A program made the position numbers and the translations under genes. This document shows, piece by piece, positions 1 through 13,972 of a stretch of DNA of 64,000 nucleotides. The stretch is from assembly GCA_965153455.1 (NCBI GenBank), contig OZ234493.1, positions 23,426,213 through 23,490,212 of the forward strand. The letters are read 5' to 3'. This DNA is from Sphagnum compactum (taxonomy: Eukaryota). The notes under the pieces are model-generated. The model had not been told where the DNA came from, made no database searches, and worked only from the letters and a program-made list of their open reading frames with translations. Positions within the stretch are counted from its first letter, which is position 1; each line of letters opens with the position of its first letter.

Positions 1-1510
1 TGGAAACCCGGTACATTGGTCCATAGCCCTTACCACAAGTACCTTGGCCCTGAATTCCAGGAATGCCTATTCCAGTCAATGAAACATGGGCTCCTGATTT
101 CTCACTCCTTCATTACTCGCAATCTGGCTCCAGCGTCCACACTGGAAATGATGTGTAGTTTGGCAATTTTCATTATGAGTCCGATGAAGATTATCTAATA
201 TGACTTTATTCACCTGTTCCTTGAATGTTCACCTGTATTTTATATTCTTTTATATTGTATTTTGTTCTTTTTTTCAAATTTCCAAAGTTGCATCAAGAAG
301 GATTTAGCTTAAATGGGGACACATTGCTACAACCTGTCCAAATAGTTTAAAAAGCTAGCACAAAAATGCTCCCCCTCTAAATTCCAAGTAGAAATGTGGC
401 AAAAGAATGTCAAAAACTCTCCTTTTTTTTTTTTCAAAATTTGGCAGTTTTCCTTAAAAAGAACAGGGAATATATGACAGAATTTTCCTATTTTATTTTT
501 ATTTTTCATAGTTGTGCAAAATTTCGAACAAAATAAGGAGACTGATTTCACCATGTCGTAAGTGTTAAGTATTATTGGAACATGTAAATTAAATTAAAGT
601 CAATTCTAAATGTGGCTCTATATTGACTTTTTATTGAAGGATAACAAATTTGTAAAGCTTTCCTCAGAAGTCAATGTAAGGTGCTTGCACTTTTTGTGGG
701 GGTGTAATGGTGGGAAAAAGAAGGAAAACGCATCAGAGTAGATGCGTTTGAAACAGCATGGTTGCAATGAAGCACGGATATCATGTCCTGTAGAATGTTT
801 CTAAACAATTGAGAGTTTTTGGGGCAACAGAATGTAATTGATAGTGTTATTGAAGATTTCATCTTATGTTATTGTCTTAAATTATACGTGTTAGTCGTAT
901 TCAACCTGGGCTAACACACCCATTATAACGTATAACTGGGGGTTCATGTTGTAATTGAATCACAACATCGATAGAGACTTCCACAAAATCAGTGTTTGCA
1001 TACTTTATCTCACTGAAAAATCATTCAGTTTTGATGGGTGATGTTATTTTTTACTTTAGTCACTGCATCATGCCATGGTTGTACAGTGGTATACAAAAAT
1101 TGATTTTAAACCATTTGCTAATATGGTGTAACAGAAGTATGTATCTAATTTATTTTCAAATTGAAACACTTGTTAAATTAACAAATTCACATACATTAGG
1201 AATCTAGGATTAGTTCTTTAGATTTAAAAAACGTCTTTGCATCTCAAATATCAAATAAATAATAGAAAACCTAATTGGATGACGTGTTTTTGCCACACCT
1301 TCTCCAATTGGGCAGGTGTTGTCCCTTAGTGGGGGCAACTTGGCCACACTGCCATGGGCAAGTGCAGAGATTTGCTTACATTGTTTGAGGTTTGTTGTTG
1401 GAAGACCCCCAAAACTGAAAACCTCTAAAACTGAAGACCTCCTTGTTTAGACACGGATTGAGAATGGTAAACATTAAACATTAGCAACAAGTTGCTAGAT
1501 TGGATATAAT

Positions 1511-3547
1511 TATAGTACAATAGTAAAATGCCTAATAGGGAAAAAAAATTCAATTTTTTTTTATTATACTCAAACAATGATTAATGCTTGAAATACTTTT
1601 TTTCTTACATTATTTTCAAAGGAAAAAGCTAATGCAATGGTTAGAATCCCTTTTACAAGCAAAAAGTTTGAACCTTTTCTTGAATTCTCCTTTCCATCCA
1701 TGAATGAAATTGATGAATTGTTTTACCTTTGGCCAATTTTTTAAGTTAGTTGTCCAAGAACAACTTCCTTGAAGAGAACCATGGGAAGCAAGGGGCATAA
1801 GTCGCCTTCAGGAAAAGGAGATTAAATTACCCTAGGGGACAACCATGTTTACTTGGGGCATAAGAGGCTTAAGTTGCCCTAAGGAGCACCCACATTGCTT
1901 TAAGGAGTAAAGGGCTTAAGTTGTTTCAAGGAACAACCATGTTCCCGAGGGAGAAAATGCTTAGGTTGCCCCCAAGAGCACCCATGTTGCTTTGAAGAAT
2001 AAAGGGTTTAAGTTGCCTCGAGGAATAAGAGGCTTAAATTGTTTCAAGGAGCAACCATGTTCCCAAGGGAGAAAAGGTTTAAGTTGTTCCCTGGGGCAAC
2101 TTAAGCCCCTTACTCCCCAAGGCAACATGGTTGCTCCCTAGGGGTAACGATGTGCCTAGGGAAATAAGGGATTATCTTTTCCAACAAACAAGAAAAGGTC
2201 CTAGGGAACAAATGAAATTCCCTAAAAAAACAACTTTCATGAGGAGTAGGAAAAGTTTTTTAGGAAAAAGGGCAACTTCCCTAGGGAGCAATAAACTTTC
2301 CCCAAGGAAGGGCCCAAGTTCCTTAGAGAAACATATGTTTTGAATCATTTTGTAACCATAACCAACTCATGTTTTTTTTAAATATATGCTTGTGACCTAT
2401 TGTTAGAAAGATCTTGAAAAAAATTGCAATTTTGCAATTGAAACATTTCAATTAGAATTGATATGAAAAAGTTACAATCACATAAAGTTTTTGATACATT
2501 TGTTCTTAGTGAATGTGCTTGCTCCTTCAAACAACTTAAAGCCTTTGCTCCCATGGGCACATGGTTCGTTCCAAAGAGTTTTTCATGTCTTCTAAAAAGA
2601 AGGGACCTAAGTTGCTTTAGGGAGCAAACATGTCCCCCATGGAAATTTTTTTTTAATTGCCCTAGGGAACAACCATATCCCTTGGGAAGAAAGGGGCCTA
2701 AGTTGCCCCAAGGCACAATGATGTTCCTTGAAGAACAAATGCATTAGAATTTTGAATGTGATCATAACCTTTTCATATGAATTTTGATTGAAATGATTTC
2801 AACTACAAAGTCGTAACTTTCCTCAAAACCTTTCCATTGCTATGTTGCAAGCCTATATAAAAATAAGCATGAGATGGTTGTGGTTACAAAAAAACTCGGA
2901 ACATATGTTTCCCCAACAAACTTAGGCCCCTTCTTAGAAAAAGTTCATTGTTCCCAAGGAAGTTGCCTTTTTCCTTGGGCAAAATTCAATGCTCCTTAGG
3001 GAAGTTGTCCTTGTCCTTGGGGAAAATTCAATGCTCCTTGGGGAAATTGCCTTTTTCCTTGGGAATTTTTTTGCTAAAAATAAATTGAATAATTTTTTAA
3101 TTTAATTATCTTTGAGAAGCAACTTCCTCAATGAAAAAAAGATTAAGTGTTAGTCCCAAGCAAGTTGTATTAAAGAGCAATGTAAATTCTCCATGGAGCA
3201 AAATGAAAATCCCAAAGAGAAAAAAAATTCTTTGAAAACCAACTTTCATGAGGAATAAGAACCGTTCCCCCAAGAAAATGGCAACTTCCTTAAGGAGCAT
3301 TGGATTTCCCTCAAGGAAAAGGGCAACTTCTTCAAGGAGCATTTAATCCATTTTGTTTGTTTGCAAAAAATTTGGGAAAAGGATTGAAAATTGAAGTTTT
3401 GGGTTGAAAGTAGGATTCTAATCATTGTATCACATGTTTTTTTTTTTTTTCAAACTATTGTGTAAAAAAGATATTTATAACGTTAATCATTGTGTGAGTA
3501 TAATAAAAAAAATCCAATTTTTTTTTCATGTTGGGAATTGTACTACA
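1511..3547. mobile_element. Non-autonomous foldback-type DNA element with long terminal inverted repeats and an internal nested inverted repeat
   Basis: 1511-1680 is an imperfect reverse complement of ~3380-3547 (ctcaaacaatgattaa vs ttaatcattgtgtgag; ggttagaatcc vs ggattctaatc). ~2240-2483 is an imperfect reverse complement of 2757-2990. The interior is built from gttgccc(c/t)agg(g)agcaa-like modules. No credible ORF. Confidence 0.75.
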
Positions 3548-4929
3548 AGTGGGTTGAACCTATTGCCACATTTAACTTGTTGCTATTGTTTAGTGTTTGC
3601 CATTGAAAATGCTACGCATATATTAATACCTTTTCAGGTTAGGTGGTAATTATATATATTTTAAACATGTCACTTAAAAAAATATATCTATTCAATATGT
3701 CAAAAATTAAAGAAATCACTTTTCTATTGATTTGGAACTTGAGATGATTGTGTACCTTATATTTAAGGTTGATCATTTTCTTTGTTTTTGTTATAACTCA
3801 ATGTTTACTAAGTAGATGATTCACCAATCACTTACCTACTTATGTTTAAAAGCAGCTTCCATTGTAAATTACGATTCAATTAAGTTGTTGAATAAAGTGC
3901 AATCCTTGTTGCTTACATCAAGAAATGTGACAAGGAAAAAAAAATCATGCAATACTTTTCTTTTAATGATATCTTTTCATGAACATTAACACAATGATCA
4001 ATCTCTATCATTAAATATTTTTATTTCAACATAATATCAGCTGAAATTTTCATAAATGATTATTTTATTGTCAATCTTGATTTTGAAAAATGAAGTAATT
4101 ATTTGACACAGTATTACCAAACCAGATACGGTACTATGGTAATCGTATGGTTTCTTAGGAGATTGAAGTTAGCATGATAAAGTGACTTGCACTCTATTAG
4201 TGTAGGGTAAAAGCTTGAGGTGACGGGATTTACCAGAAGAAGGGCATGTGTGAGGTGGAGAGTCGATGGTAGGCCTGAATCCAGTAAAGCCTGCTGCCAA
4301 GGGCATTATTGAGCATAAAGACCTCCTCCAAGTTTTTACTCTTATAAAAGAATTTCCTGTGGGTATCATGGGAAACATAGCCTCTAGTTCACCCTTGAGG
4401 GGCCTTGAGATTCTGTAATAATTGTCATTTCAAACTCTCCTCTGGAGTCGCGTTACCAATCAACATTCTCATTAACACCATGCATACTAGTACCGACAAA
4501 GTATTCTAAATAGTAAGCTTAATTTAATGAACTTCCTCCTTAGACAATCGAGGTTCCAGAGTCCACGGTGCACAATGCACACCCAACAACGAAGGTTAGA
4601 CCACCGACCTCAGCCAGCTGACTTTACAACCTCCTTTGTCATATTGTCTACTCCTGTTATGTATTTGGCATGGGTCCATTACACCACCAGTTGTAACTTG
4701 CCACTGAGGAACACGTGAAGTGAGCAAGACGAGTGGCAGCTTTCCAAAGGTGGTGATGTGGTCTACCAGAGTTGATTCTATGGTCCTGGATTATGAATTT
4801 CGATATACAAGGAATTCTCCATTTTCAGCTGTTTTTTTTAATGTGCATGAAGGGAAGGAAGGTTTCTGAAGAGTGGAGCTGGCAGATCACTGCGAGGAGC
4901 CCACCTAGAAACAAACTTTGGAAAGAATA

Positions 4930-5483
4930 AGGTAATGCCATCAGAGTGGGGCATTCCCAAAATACGTGCCAGAGCCAAGGGGTGCTTATTTCAGGAACAC
5001 CTCACTTCAAGGGCATTAACTGACGTAAAGGGCTGGCACAAAATAAATTTTATTCATTTATTTTGCATGATACCTGGGCAGGTATATTCATTTTTGTGCT
5101 AGTATGACTTGACCGGTATCATGGGAAAAAAAAGAAAAAATGACATGATTTTTAAAACTCCCCACCTTTTTTGGAGAAAAGTTTTGCTTGGTAAACGATA
5201 TTCTAGAATTTTTTTTGTCAGTGCTTTATGTGTAGAGTAACACCTGAGGAGTTGGGCATTCCCCTAAATAAAGAGTGCTGCCCAACATAATGACCTGCCA
5301 AAAATTTTGCAGTGTATCTGGGGGTAACCTTATAATGGATATATTTTCATCCAGGAGCAGGGAGGGCATTTCGTCAGGTGAAGCCCTCAGTCGAGGGCAA
5401 GGCATTGCCAAAATGGGGCCTGCACTCCGCTATCACCTCGTGTGCCCCTATTTTGGTAATGCCATCGACCTCGGGCTTTACCC
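4930..5483. mobile_element. MITE (possibly composite) with imperfect ~35-bp TIRs
   Basis: Left end aggtaatgcc..ggcattcccaaaata pairs with right end tattttggtaatgcc..ggctttaccc, and TA flanks both ends. Internal segment 4970-5040 recurs at ~35215-35290. Confidence 0.5.
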
Positions 5484-6468
5484 TACATGTAAAGCACACA
5501 TGACAGAATTCATTTATTTTTCATTATTTCCTTGTGATACCTGACACATACTCCTTGGGTATCACCAGAAAAAGTGAAAAAAAAGAGGTGAGACATTTTG
5601 AAAACAGAAACACTCACACAGGAATGAGCATTTCTCTTTTTGAAACACCTGACCTTCTGTGGAAGACATATTTCATGCAATAAGGCACGCTGCAAATACA
5701 CTAAGAAATTAGTGCCGGTGGTTTTCGTATCTACTACTGAAGAGACCGGAACTCGGTTACTTACACTAGGTGACTCTTCTGGGACAGGGTTCCATCCTGA
5801 CCAACAAATGAAACACTAGCACAATCAAGTCAACTCTGGACAAACAAAAGCGCTTGGAAGAAAACCAGCTGAAATCTTCAGTAGGGCCAGGTGAGTTTCG
5901 GCGGCTGCTGTGCGTGTATCTTGCGTCCCAAAAGGCCTCCACACTAAACAAATAGTCAAAGAAACTATTCTGACAAATGTCACTCTAACGGCGAAATTGG
6001 TGGTCACTAAGTAGATGGTCCCGATTGAAGAATATTTGTTGTCAACTCTGAATGTAGAAGTTTGAAGCTATTCTGATACCAGAGTTCTGATTGTCATCCA
6101 CAATGGGGAAAAGATCCCTGGTCTTTATTGGCCTTGCCTACCAAGGCAAGGATATTGTGTTTAGATTCAATATAGAGTATAGTAGCTTAAGGGATTTTGG
6201 CCCCTAGGTAGTAGGTCTATTTTTATACTAGGATTTTTGAAAGATGATATTTTGGCTTGTGTTGAAACTTGAGAGATAATATAGAGTTTGGTATCCTGAG
6301 GGATTTTGAGAGGAAACTTTTGAAGATTATATTTTTGCATGGTGAAATATTTGAATTTCCATAATTCTTCTTTCGCCTTAAGATACTTTTTAATGTAAAT
6401 GACAAGGCCACAGTGTGATATGCCCCTTGTTTAATCAAAGAGGAGAGGATAAACAAGGACTTTAAATG

Positions 6469-7263
6469 GGCCACAGTGAACCAGCACCCACCAGTGCACC
6501 ATCCACTGAGATGCCTGTTATTCCTCAGTTGTGGATGAAACTCAACTGAGTTAATATTTGGTTTCGCCTTGGTAACCAATTTTGTAGGAAATAGGTCTCA
6601 TATAAAGGTAGATAGGTTGAAAAATAGGTAACTACTAAGTAAGTAGATGGTTTAGACATAGGTAAGGGTTGCTTTTATTACCTACCTACAGTAAACTCTC
6701 TCTAAATTAATATCCTTGGGACCGGCCGGAAGATATTAGTTTATGGAGGATATTAGTTTACACAAATTATATGGGGGGTAACAAAAATCATTTCGGAACC
6801 TGCCAGAGCAGCATGGAAGGTCATGGAGGTTAATAGAAGGTCATGGATCATTGGGGAAGGTAACGGAACCTTGTGGAGCTTGGTGGAGGATCAAAGAAGC
6901 ACGTAGAAGATCATATGACATGAAGGTGTTTCCTCTGATTTCATCATTTTTTTGGTGCCATATGTATGATGTATTAATTTACAAAATGCTATGGGACCGG
7001 AAAAATATATTGAATATCAGTTTATGGAGAATTATTAGATTAAGTATGAGGCCCACCACGAGCCTGTGCCCGCATATTAGTTTAGAGAGAGTTTACTGTA
7101 CTCACAACCTGCTTGAGGGCCGTTAGTAAATGGGCAGTGTAAAAAAGCAACTGAGCTAACCACCATGGTTAACTAAGGAACTGAAACTCAACAGAAAACT
7201 GTTTCCTGACCACTTATCATCCACCCTTCATGGTTCCCTGGTGGGTACTGGTTCATTATGGCC
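6469..7263 (+). mobile_element. Mutator-like MITE, copy 1 (carries a nested MITE)
   Basis: TIRs GGCCACAGTGAACCAGCACCCACCAG / CTGGTGGGTACTGGTTCATTATGGCC. Perfect 9-bp TSD CTTTAAATG at 6460-6468 and 7264-7272. Confidence 0.9.
6689..7098. mobile_element. Tc1/mariner (pogo-like) MITE nested in the Mutator-like MITE
   Basis: 25-bp TIRs CAGTAAACTCTCTCTAAATTAATAT / ATATTAGTTTAGAGAGAGTTTACTG with TA target duplication. This segment is absent from the other two copies of the host MITE. Confidence 0.9.
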
Positions 7264-7849
7264 CTTTAAATGGAGTTTTCTCCCCTCAACAACCAGTCTT
7301 TAGCTCTTGCCAGTCCTCAATGTTCTCGAGACCATTTTCAAAAAAATTGGAATGTTTCTTTCATGCCTTGTTCAGTTGGCTAACTTGCTGTGATTATTTT
7401 TTTTGGTGGTGAATATTCCAGTGTTGGGCAGGTCTCAGAAAAGAGTTGAGAACCAGCCAGGGTTTCAAGTCGGTTCTCACCTTGAATATCTCAGGGTCCG
7501 ATAATGGGTGATACTGTCTTTGAAACCCTTTCAGAGGGTCTCACTGGGCTGAGAACCACCCATTTGAAACCCTTGCTCTTTAAAACAAATTGATACCCTG
7601 GGCATGCTCAAGGTGTCAAGTGTTTGTAATTAGTAAATTAGTGGTAGGTAGTAGGTAGGGTTAGAATCTCTTTTTAAAATTACGGTTCTAGGTTGTAGAC
7701 ATCGCAGACGTAGAGACCCCCTTAACCCTTAATTTTTTTCTCTTTTCACTCTCCTTATAAATAAGGAGAATGTTTAGTGTGCTTTAATTTTTTTGCTTTG
7801 CTTGATTATTGCTCATTGTTTTGATTTTAGTTGCATTCCTTGTTTGCAT

Positions 7850-8420
7850 AGAACACAACAAGGAACAATGTTGTTTGTTCCTTGTTGTGTTCTATTGGTG
7901 CTCCTTAGTGCCCCTTTGCTATGTTTTATTGTTCTTCGTTGATGTTCCCATTTTGTGTTTTATTGGTGCTCCTATTGTTTTGTTGTTTTTTGCAACGTTC
8001 CATTCTTATGCCTTGTTGATGCTTGTTGGCGTTCCTTTGTTAATGCTTGTTGGCGCTCTTTTGTTGTGATCTATTTGTGCTCATTGGGACCCCCTTGCCA
8101 CACTCTATTGGTGTTCATCACTACCCCCTTGTTGTGTTCTGTTGGTGTTCGTCAACACCTCTTTGCTCTATTCTATTGGTGTTCATCCTCACCTTTTTGC
8201 AATGTTGTGTTGCTACTTGTTGATGCATCTTTGTTGTGTTCTAGTGGTGCTTGTTAGCGTTTGTTTGTTATGTTCTATTGGTGATCCTTGGCACCCCCTT
8301 GCTGTTGTTGGTGCTTAGGTACCTTTTTAACCCTTGTTACTTGTAGACATTTCTTTGTTGTGCTCTATTGTTGTTCATTGGTCCTTCTTTATTGTGCTCT
8401 GTTGATGTTTTTTTGGGATT
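7850..8420. repeat. Degenerate tandem array (ttgttgtgttctattggtgttc-like units) in the hAT subterminal region
   Basis: Repeated TG-rich units. The hydrophobic ORFs 7809-8257 are translations of this repeat. Confidence 0.6.
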
Positions 8421-8959
8421 CCAAATTGGTATTTCTCCCCTACATTTTCTTTGCAAGTGTGTAGGATTGGAATTCCAGCTTTTTCCATAGCTCACATCTT
8501 CCAACATTCTTCAACAAGGTTTTTTTTTTTTGGAGTTTGTTTTTGAACTATTTGTTTCCTTTTTTTTCATTTTGTTGTTACATTCTTCAATTTTTATTGT
8601 TGTAATTTTATTTCAAATGTTTGTTTTTAGTTTCCATTTTAATTTTAATTAGACATATTTTGGAATAAAATCATAAGTATTTGATATAGTGTGTATTTTT
8701 TCATGTGTAGGACCATAAACATGCTTGCACAAAATTTTCACATTAAACATCTTTTTTCACATCTTTTGCCTTTTACCTCAATAATCTTGTAAATGTTTAT
8801 AGTTGATTAACCTTGTAAATTGTTTTTGTAATTGCTTTAATTGCTTGTATTTTTTGTTTGATTATTATTTGGATAGATTATACATTGAAACTAAAACCCT
8901 TAATATTGGTAAATTTTATATTTACTTATAATTTCTCCTCCAACCTATCTTATATCTTG

Positions 8960-11900
8960 TAAGAAATGGAGTTAAGTTAGAATGAAAATGTGATGATAAT
9001 TGATGGTGAAATAACAAACCTTAATGAAAACAATGAAATGGAAAGAAACATTCAAACATTGCATATTCAAAAGAAAAATTGGGGAGGACATAATATGAAT
9101 GTAATTTGTTGGGCTTCTTATTGTGTAAATGATGATAAAGAAGTTGATCTTGCAAATACTCAAGTCATGAGATGTTACAACAATCTTGTGTATGCACGTA
9201 ATCCAAATATTAAAGAAAAAAAAGTACTTATAACATATTTTAAAACATATGGTATAATAACTTTGAAGAAACATGTGGATTATGATCATGCAACAATTGT
9301 CAATTTTTTTAAAAAGGAAGTAGATGCTCTAGTAAGAGTTCCATTTGAAAAACAACCAATTAAAAAAAGAATGAATGTTTCAAGAAATGGAATATCTAAG
9401 TTTCTTTTTTTGTAAAAAACCCGTTTAAAGTATGACGAGTAGTAAAAAGACTTTTTGTAGGACCTTGGACTTCTAATTATTAAAACTCAATTGCCATCAT
9501 AGTTTGTGGAAAGTGTTTGGTTTAAGCATCTAAATTGTCCCCGAGTTGCCTTTCTTTTTAAAAAACAAATTTTTCATAAGATATTACTTAAATTGGAGAA
9601 AAAATAACAAGTATATGTTTTATAAAAATTGGGGGACTGTATATTTGCAAATATAAGTTTTGACTTATGGATGTCTAAGGGGCACATGATATTTTTGTTC
9701 TTGTGATTAACTTCTTGGGATCTGATTGGTAACTTAAACAAATGACTATTGAGTTGTTTGAAACAATAAAAATTACTAATCAAGCCTTGGCCACCAATCT
9801 AACAAAATTACTTAATCAATATGGATTGAGAAAAAAAAAAGTATTACATATGTGAAAGATGAAAGGTCAATATTTAACTACAATGACAATTGGTTTGAAA
9901 TCAATTGTTACATGTGAAGTTTTAGGTTTAGATGAAAGTTTTCAAAGCACTTGTTTTGGCCATGTATTTCTAAGGCATGTCAATATGCTACAATCGATGA
10001 AAAGGTTTGCAAAAACCTTCAATTGATTTCTATCAAATCTGCAAAATTAGATTTGCATACATGTATCATTTGGCTTAAAAAGTTGGGGTAGGGCAAGCAT
10101 GAATGGAGCAAGGCATGTTTATATTTGAACATTCGCTTTCAAAAATTGAATATTATATTGGAAGTAAGGTGAAAATTTGATCTTTTACAAATTATTTCTT
10201 CTTTTTCTTTTTTGATTTAAGTTTTTTTTTGTATTCATTGTTCAATTATGCTTGTTTAATACATAACAGTTATTTAATTTTGGTTATAGGTTTGCCAATA
10301 AAATCATTATGTTCCAAAAAGCCTTGTAATTCAAGGATGTTATTATCCTTTGCTACAATAAGCAAAACATTGTCATAATTAATGGTAGGGTGTCTCTTTT
10401 CTTACTTGGCACATATTTCAAATAATTGTGAATTGTCTTTCTCCTATTATGAATGCATGTGTTTTGAACCAATCTAATAACCATTGGTTATTGTTTGATG
10501 CATTGTAATCTACCATTACCATGTGTTTGAAATGTACGAAAAAAGTTACAAACCCACTTGCTTCAGTTAATTTGATTGATGATGATTCTAGAATTACTTT
10601 TGAATTTTTTTGTTTGCTATCAATATTAAAAAGGAAATTTGTGGTGTTTTGGAATTGTTCCTTTTTTTAAAAAGAATATATGAAAGGAAAAAAATCCCAA
10701 AACATGTTATGATTAATGTTAAAACCCAAACTTTCACTACACCAAAGCATAGCATCCATGATTAGAACATATTGTGACTAGTGTCCAAACCAAGTCATGG
10801 AATGATATGACCTAGTCATATGTGACTTTAGTCATGATTATAAAACTTTTAGTCTCATATGACTATGATATTACAACTAGTTGATTAGTAGTCATGAAAG
10901 GTAGCTAGGTTAAGTAGGTACATGGGTGAGTTAAACAAACTAGGCTAAGTAAATAGGTTAAATAAAAAGGTTAAAAATTTAGGTAAACCTTAGGTAGGCC
11001 TAGATAGACATTATATGTAAATCCCTACTAACCCTTAAATATAGGTTAGGTGGATCTAAATTTTTCCTAAGTAGCCTTTAAATAGGCCTAGGTAAATGAA
11101 TGTGAGACTATATAACCCTAGATACATCCTATGTAGCTAGGTTAGGTAGGTAGAACATACATAGTTTAGTAAACTTTACATATATAACCCTGAGATAGTG
11201 TTTACATAAATTATGTAGTCCCTATACCCATATGTAGCATGTACATAACTTTTACATAATCCTTATATGTAATTCCTACGTAATCGTTACATAGCCTAAG
11301 TAACATTTAGATAACACCTACATAACCTTTATTTAGTCTACATAAACTTAGGTAGCCCCCACTTAGCTCTTATGTAGCCTATGTTGCATTCAATAGCCCC
11401 TACATGAATTCAAATAATTAATTAGTTTGTTAATTTCAAATAATTAATTCAAATAATAAATTTTTTAAATAACTAATTCATATCATTATTGCAAATTATT
11501 AATTCAGATAATAATAATAATAGTAATAAGTTACTCTTATTAGTTAATAATTCAAATATATAATTATCAAATGATTTCTTATTTACAATCATCTTTGAAC
11601 TTTATAAGCAAAGGAGTAACAAAGAAAGAACATATAGAAAAACAAGCCTTTTCCAAATTACAAAACGCTAAAAATGAGGGCATTTTTCTTCATTTAGACC
11701 CCTCTTACTTTGCTCATAACTTTCTCATCTCTTGTTCAAATTGAGCGATCTAAAGTGCTATGAAAGTGCCACCTTAAGCTCTACAAATCATATTTGAACG
11801 CTAAAGGCAACAAAGCAACATCTAAACACAATCTTTAGTGTTTCAGATGAGCCAAGAAGAGAGCTTCAATTTCTCTTTGGACACCATATACAAATGAGCT

Positions 11901-13220
11901 CGCCCTTGAATTTTGCTGAGCTCTGAGTTCTAACATGTTGAAAAACCGACCTGTTTACCTAACCTAAAGTGCAACTAAAACTTTTAACCCATAAGCTTTG
12001 TGTTTTACTCTCATATCACAAACTATATACACAAGGCGTGTTTCCCATTGCTAAGTCAAAAACATAATCTTGCCAATTTGGGATAGTGTCAAAAAAACTT
12101 ACCTTGAATGGCAAAACATAAAACTAAATGGAAGTATGTATGTTGTTATTACTTACCTGCCTACTTAGGTCAATAATTGCAACTTACTTTCTGACCTACC
12201 TAATTTTGCGTATGTAGATAGTTATATAACCTAGGTACGTAGGAAGCATCTATTAACCTACCTAATTAGGCCTATGTATCGACCTCACCTATGTAATTAT
12301 ATTTTTTAAAATTCAACTTTAAGTGTCATGTGTCAATTTATGATTGTGCCATGTGTCAAATCTAGGTGATCAAAAACAAAAAATCATAATGCATATTAGA
12401 TAATAATTTTCATAGTTTAAATTTAATTAATTAGTCTAATGGTCTAGATTGATCAATATTGACTATTGGATACAATTGTAGTCATGTAAGATGTTGTAAA
12501 TGTATATATGACTATGGACAAAAATACAACTAGTGGTAAAATCGATGAGTTTCAATGGATTGTGTAGTCATGTAGTCACTATTGGCATAGTGTATGACTA
12601 CAAATGTACTCATGGATGTAATCATATATCTATTTTTTTGGTGCAGTGTCGAAAAGCCTTCATCTAGTGTTTTCTTTTACTAGTCGTGAAGAAGGGGTGA
12701 ACATTATTGAAGAATATGATAGACAATCATTATATCCTATGGCTTTTAAAATGTTATTATTATTTACTGCTAATGGCAAAATCCAAGGTTGAATGTGCAA
12801 ATCAAATAAGAGATGCTAAATTTGATTTGGAATTTTTTGAACAAACTAATCACTAGAAAATTGTTGATATTCATGTGTTACCAAGTGAATTCCAAGGAAA
12901 TCAAGTGCCTTTTTCAATGGTGGGCAAACATGAAGCCCTATTTCCTACTATTGGTTTTTTGGCCCAACAAATTTTAGGGAATGTCAAGTCATAAATTGAG
13001 ACAAAGGATTTTTTCTTTTACATGGATACTCACAAACTTGAAAAAATGTCGTTTACAATTAGCAAATTTAAAAACATTGATATTTGTGAGCAAAAACTAG
13101 CTAAATGATCCTAAAATTGATTATAAACCACCTTCCAATTTGGTAGAGCTAATTGAAAAGGATTTAGATTTTGAGGAGTTACAAAAACTTGAAGGTTTTT
13201 TCAGTTGGATGAACTTTAAA
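8960..13220 (+). pseudogene. Degenerate hAT transposase (split by the CACTA insertion at 10735-12648)
   Basis: BED-finger-like segment (CW..Y....RC...GIITLKKHVDYDH) in ORF 8990-9415. SFDLWMSKG first catalytic Asp region at ~9656. ESFQSTCFGH at ~9935. hATC dimerisation-like motif FQWW..HEALFPTIGFLAQQILG at ~12910-12980. Many stops and frameshifts. Confidence 0.85.
10735..12648. mobile_element. Non-autonomous CACTA/EnSpm-type element
   Basis: Termini CACTACACCAAA / TTTGGTGCAGTG with subterminal tgacta/tagtca repeats. It interrupts the hAT LML.P.FKSL motif. Internal 11713-11790 matches the reverse complement of 62137-62212. Confidence 0.85.
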
Positions 13221-13742
13221 ATGTATAATTTTATTTGATTTTGATTTCTCAAAATTATTTTTAAAAAAATAAAAATTCAATGTTCAAAATATCAAAACTT
13301 TTGATACCTTTGTCTAAAAATTGCCTTTGAAAATCGATTGGTATGAAGTGTCTAAGAACTAAGATTTTGAACACGAGAAGAAATCTTGTCCATTTCAACC
13401 ATCATTTTGCAACTACAATGCAATTGTTGTCCAAACCTACTACATTTGCGACTGCAATATTTGTAATCTTGTGTGTCCATGCAATTACAAGTATATACCA
13501 CTATATGTGCGACTAAATGATGGGTCCAACCAATTATTAGTCGAAATGTAGTTGCATGATACAATTACAAAAGTTTTAGGTCAAAATGAAAATGAAAATT
13601 TGACATATTTCGTTGGTTTTTTTTGTATGTCCATTTATGGATGATAACGAAGTTGCATGGTGACAACGATTATAATTTTTTTCATAACTATGGACAATAT
13701 AAGTTGTTGACTATCTCAAACTAGCCTACATGGCGCACATGG

Positions 13743-13972
13743 TGTCATGGCCTAGGATATTTTGGGATACTTTTGGCAATGTCATGTCCTAGGATATTTT
13801 GGGATATTTTTTGCAATATCATGGCCTAGGATATTTTGGGACTAGTATGGCTCAGGGTTATAAAAGGAGATAGTCTGGGGAACAACCCTTCAGCAGATCA
13901 ACACCAGTTGATGGGTCAATAAAGCTTGTCTTGTCTTGTAATTCTCCACTTGTGTGTAGTCGGTCCATAACA
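13743..13972 (+). repeat. 5' LTR of a Ty3/gypsy element
   Basis: TGTCATGG...CCATAACA termini. TATAAAAGG at 13859-13867 and AATAAA at 13918-13923. U3 consists of ~2.7 copies of a 37-bp unit. Confidence 0.85.

Noticed and set aside
5760-5900. Exon-like stretch ending CAG|GTGAGT
   Set aside because: There is an upstream in-frame stop, and I found no recognisable protein similarity or partner exons.
7809-8257. Hydrophobic membrane-protein-like ORFs
   Set aside because: They are translations of a TG-rich degenerate repeat inside the hAT.
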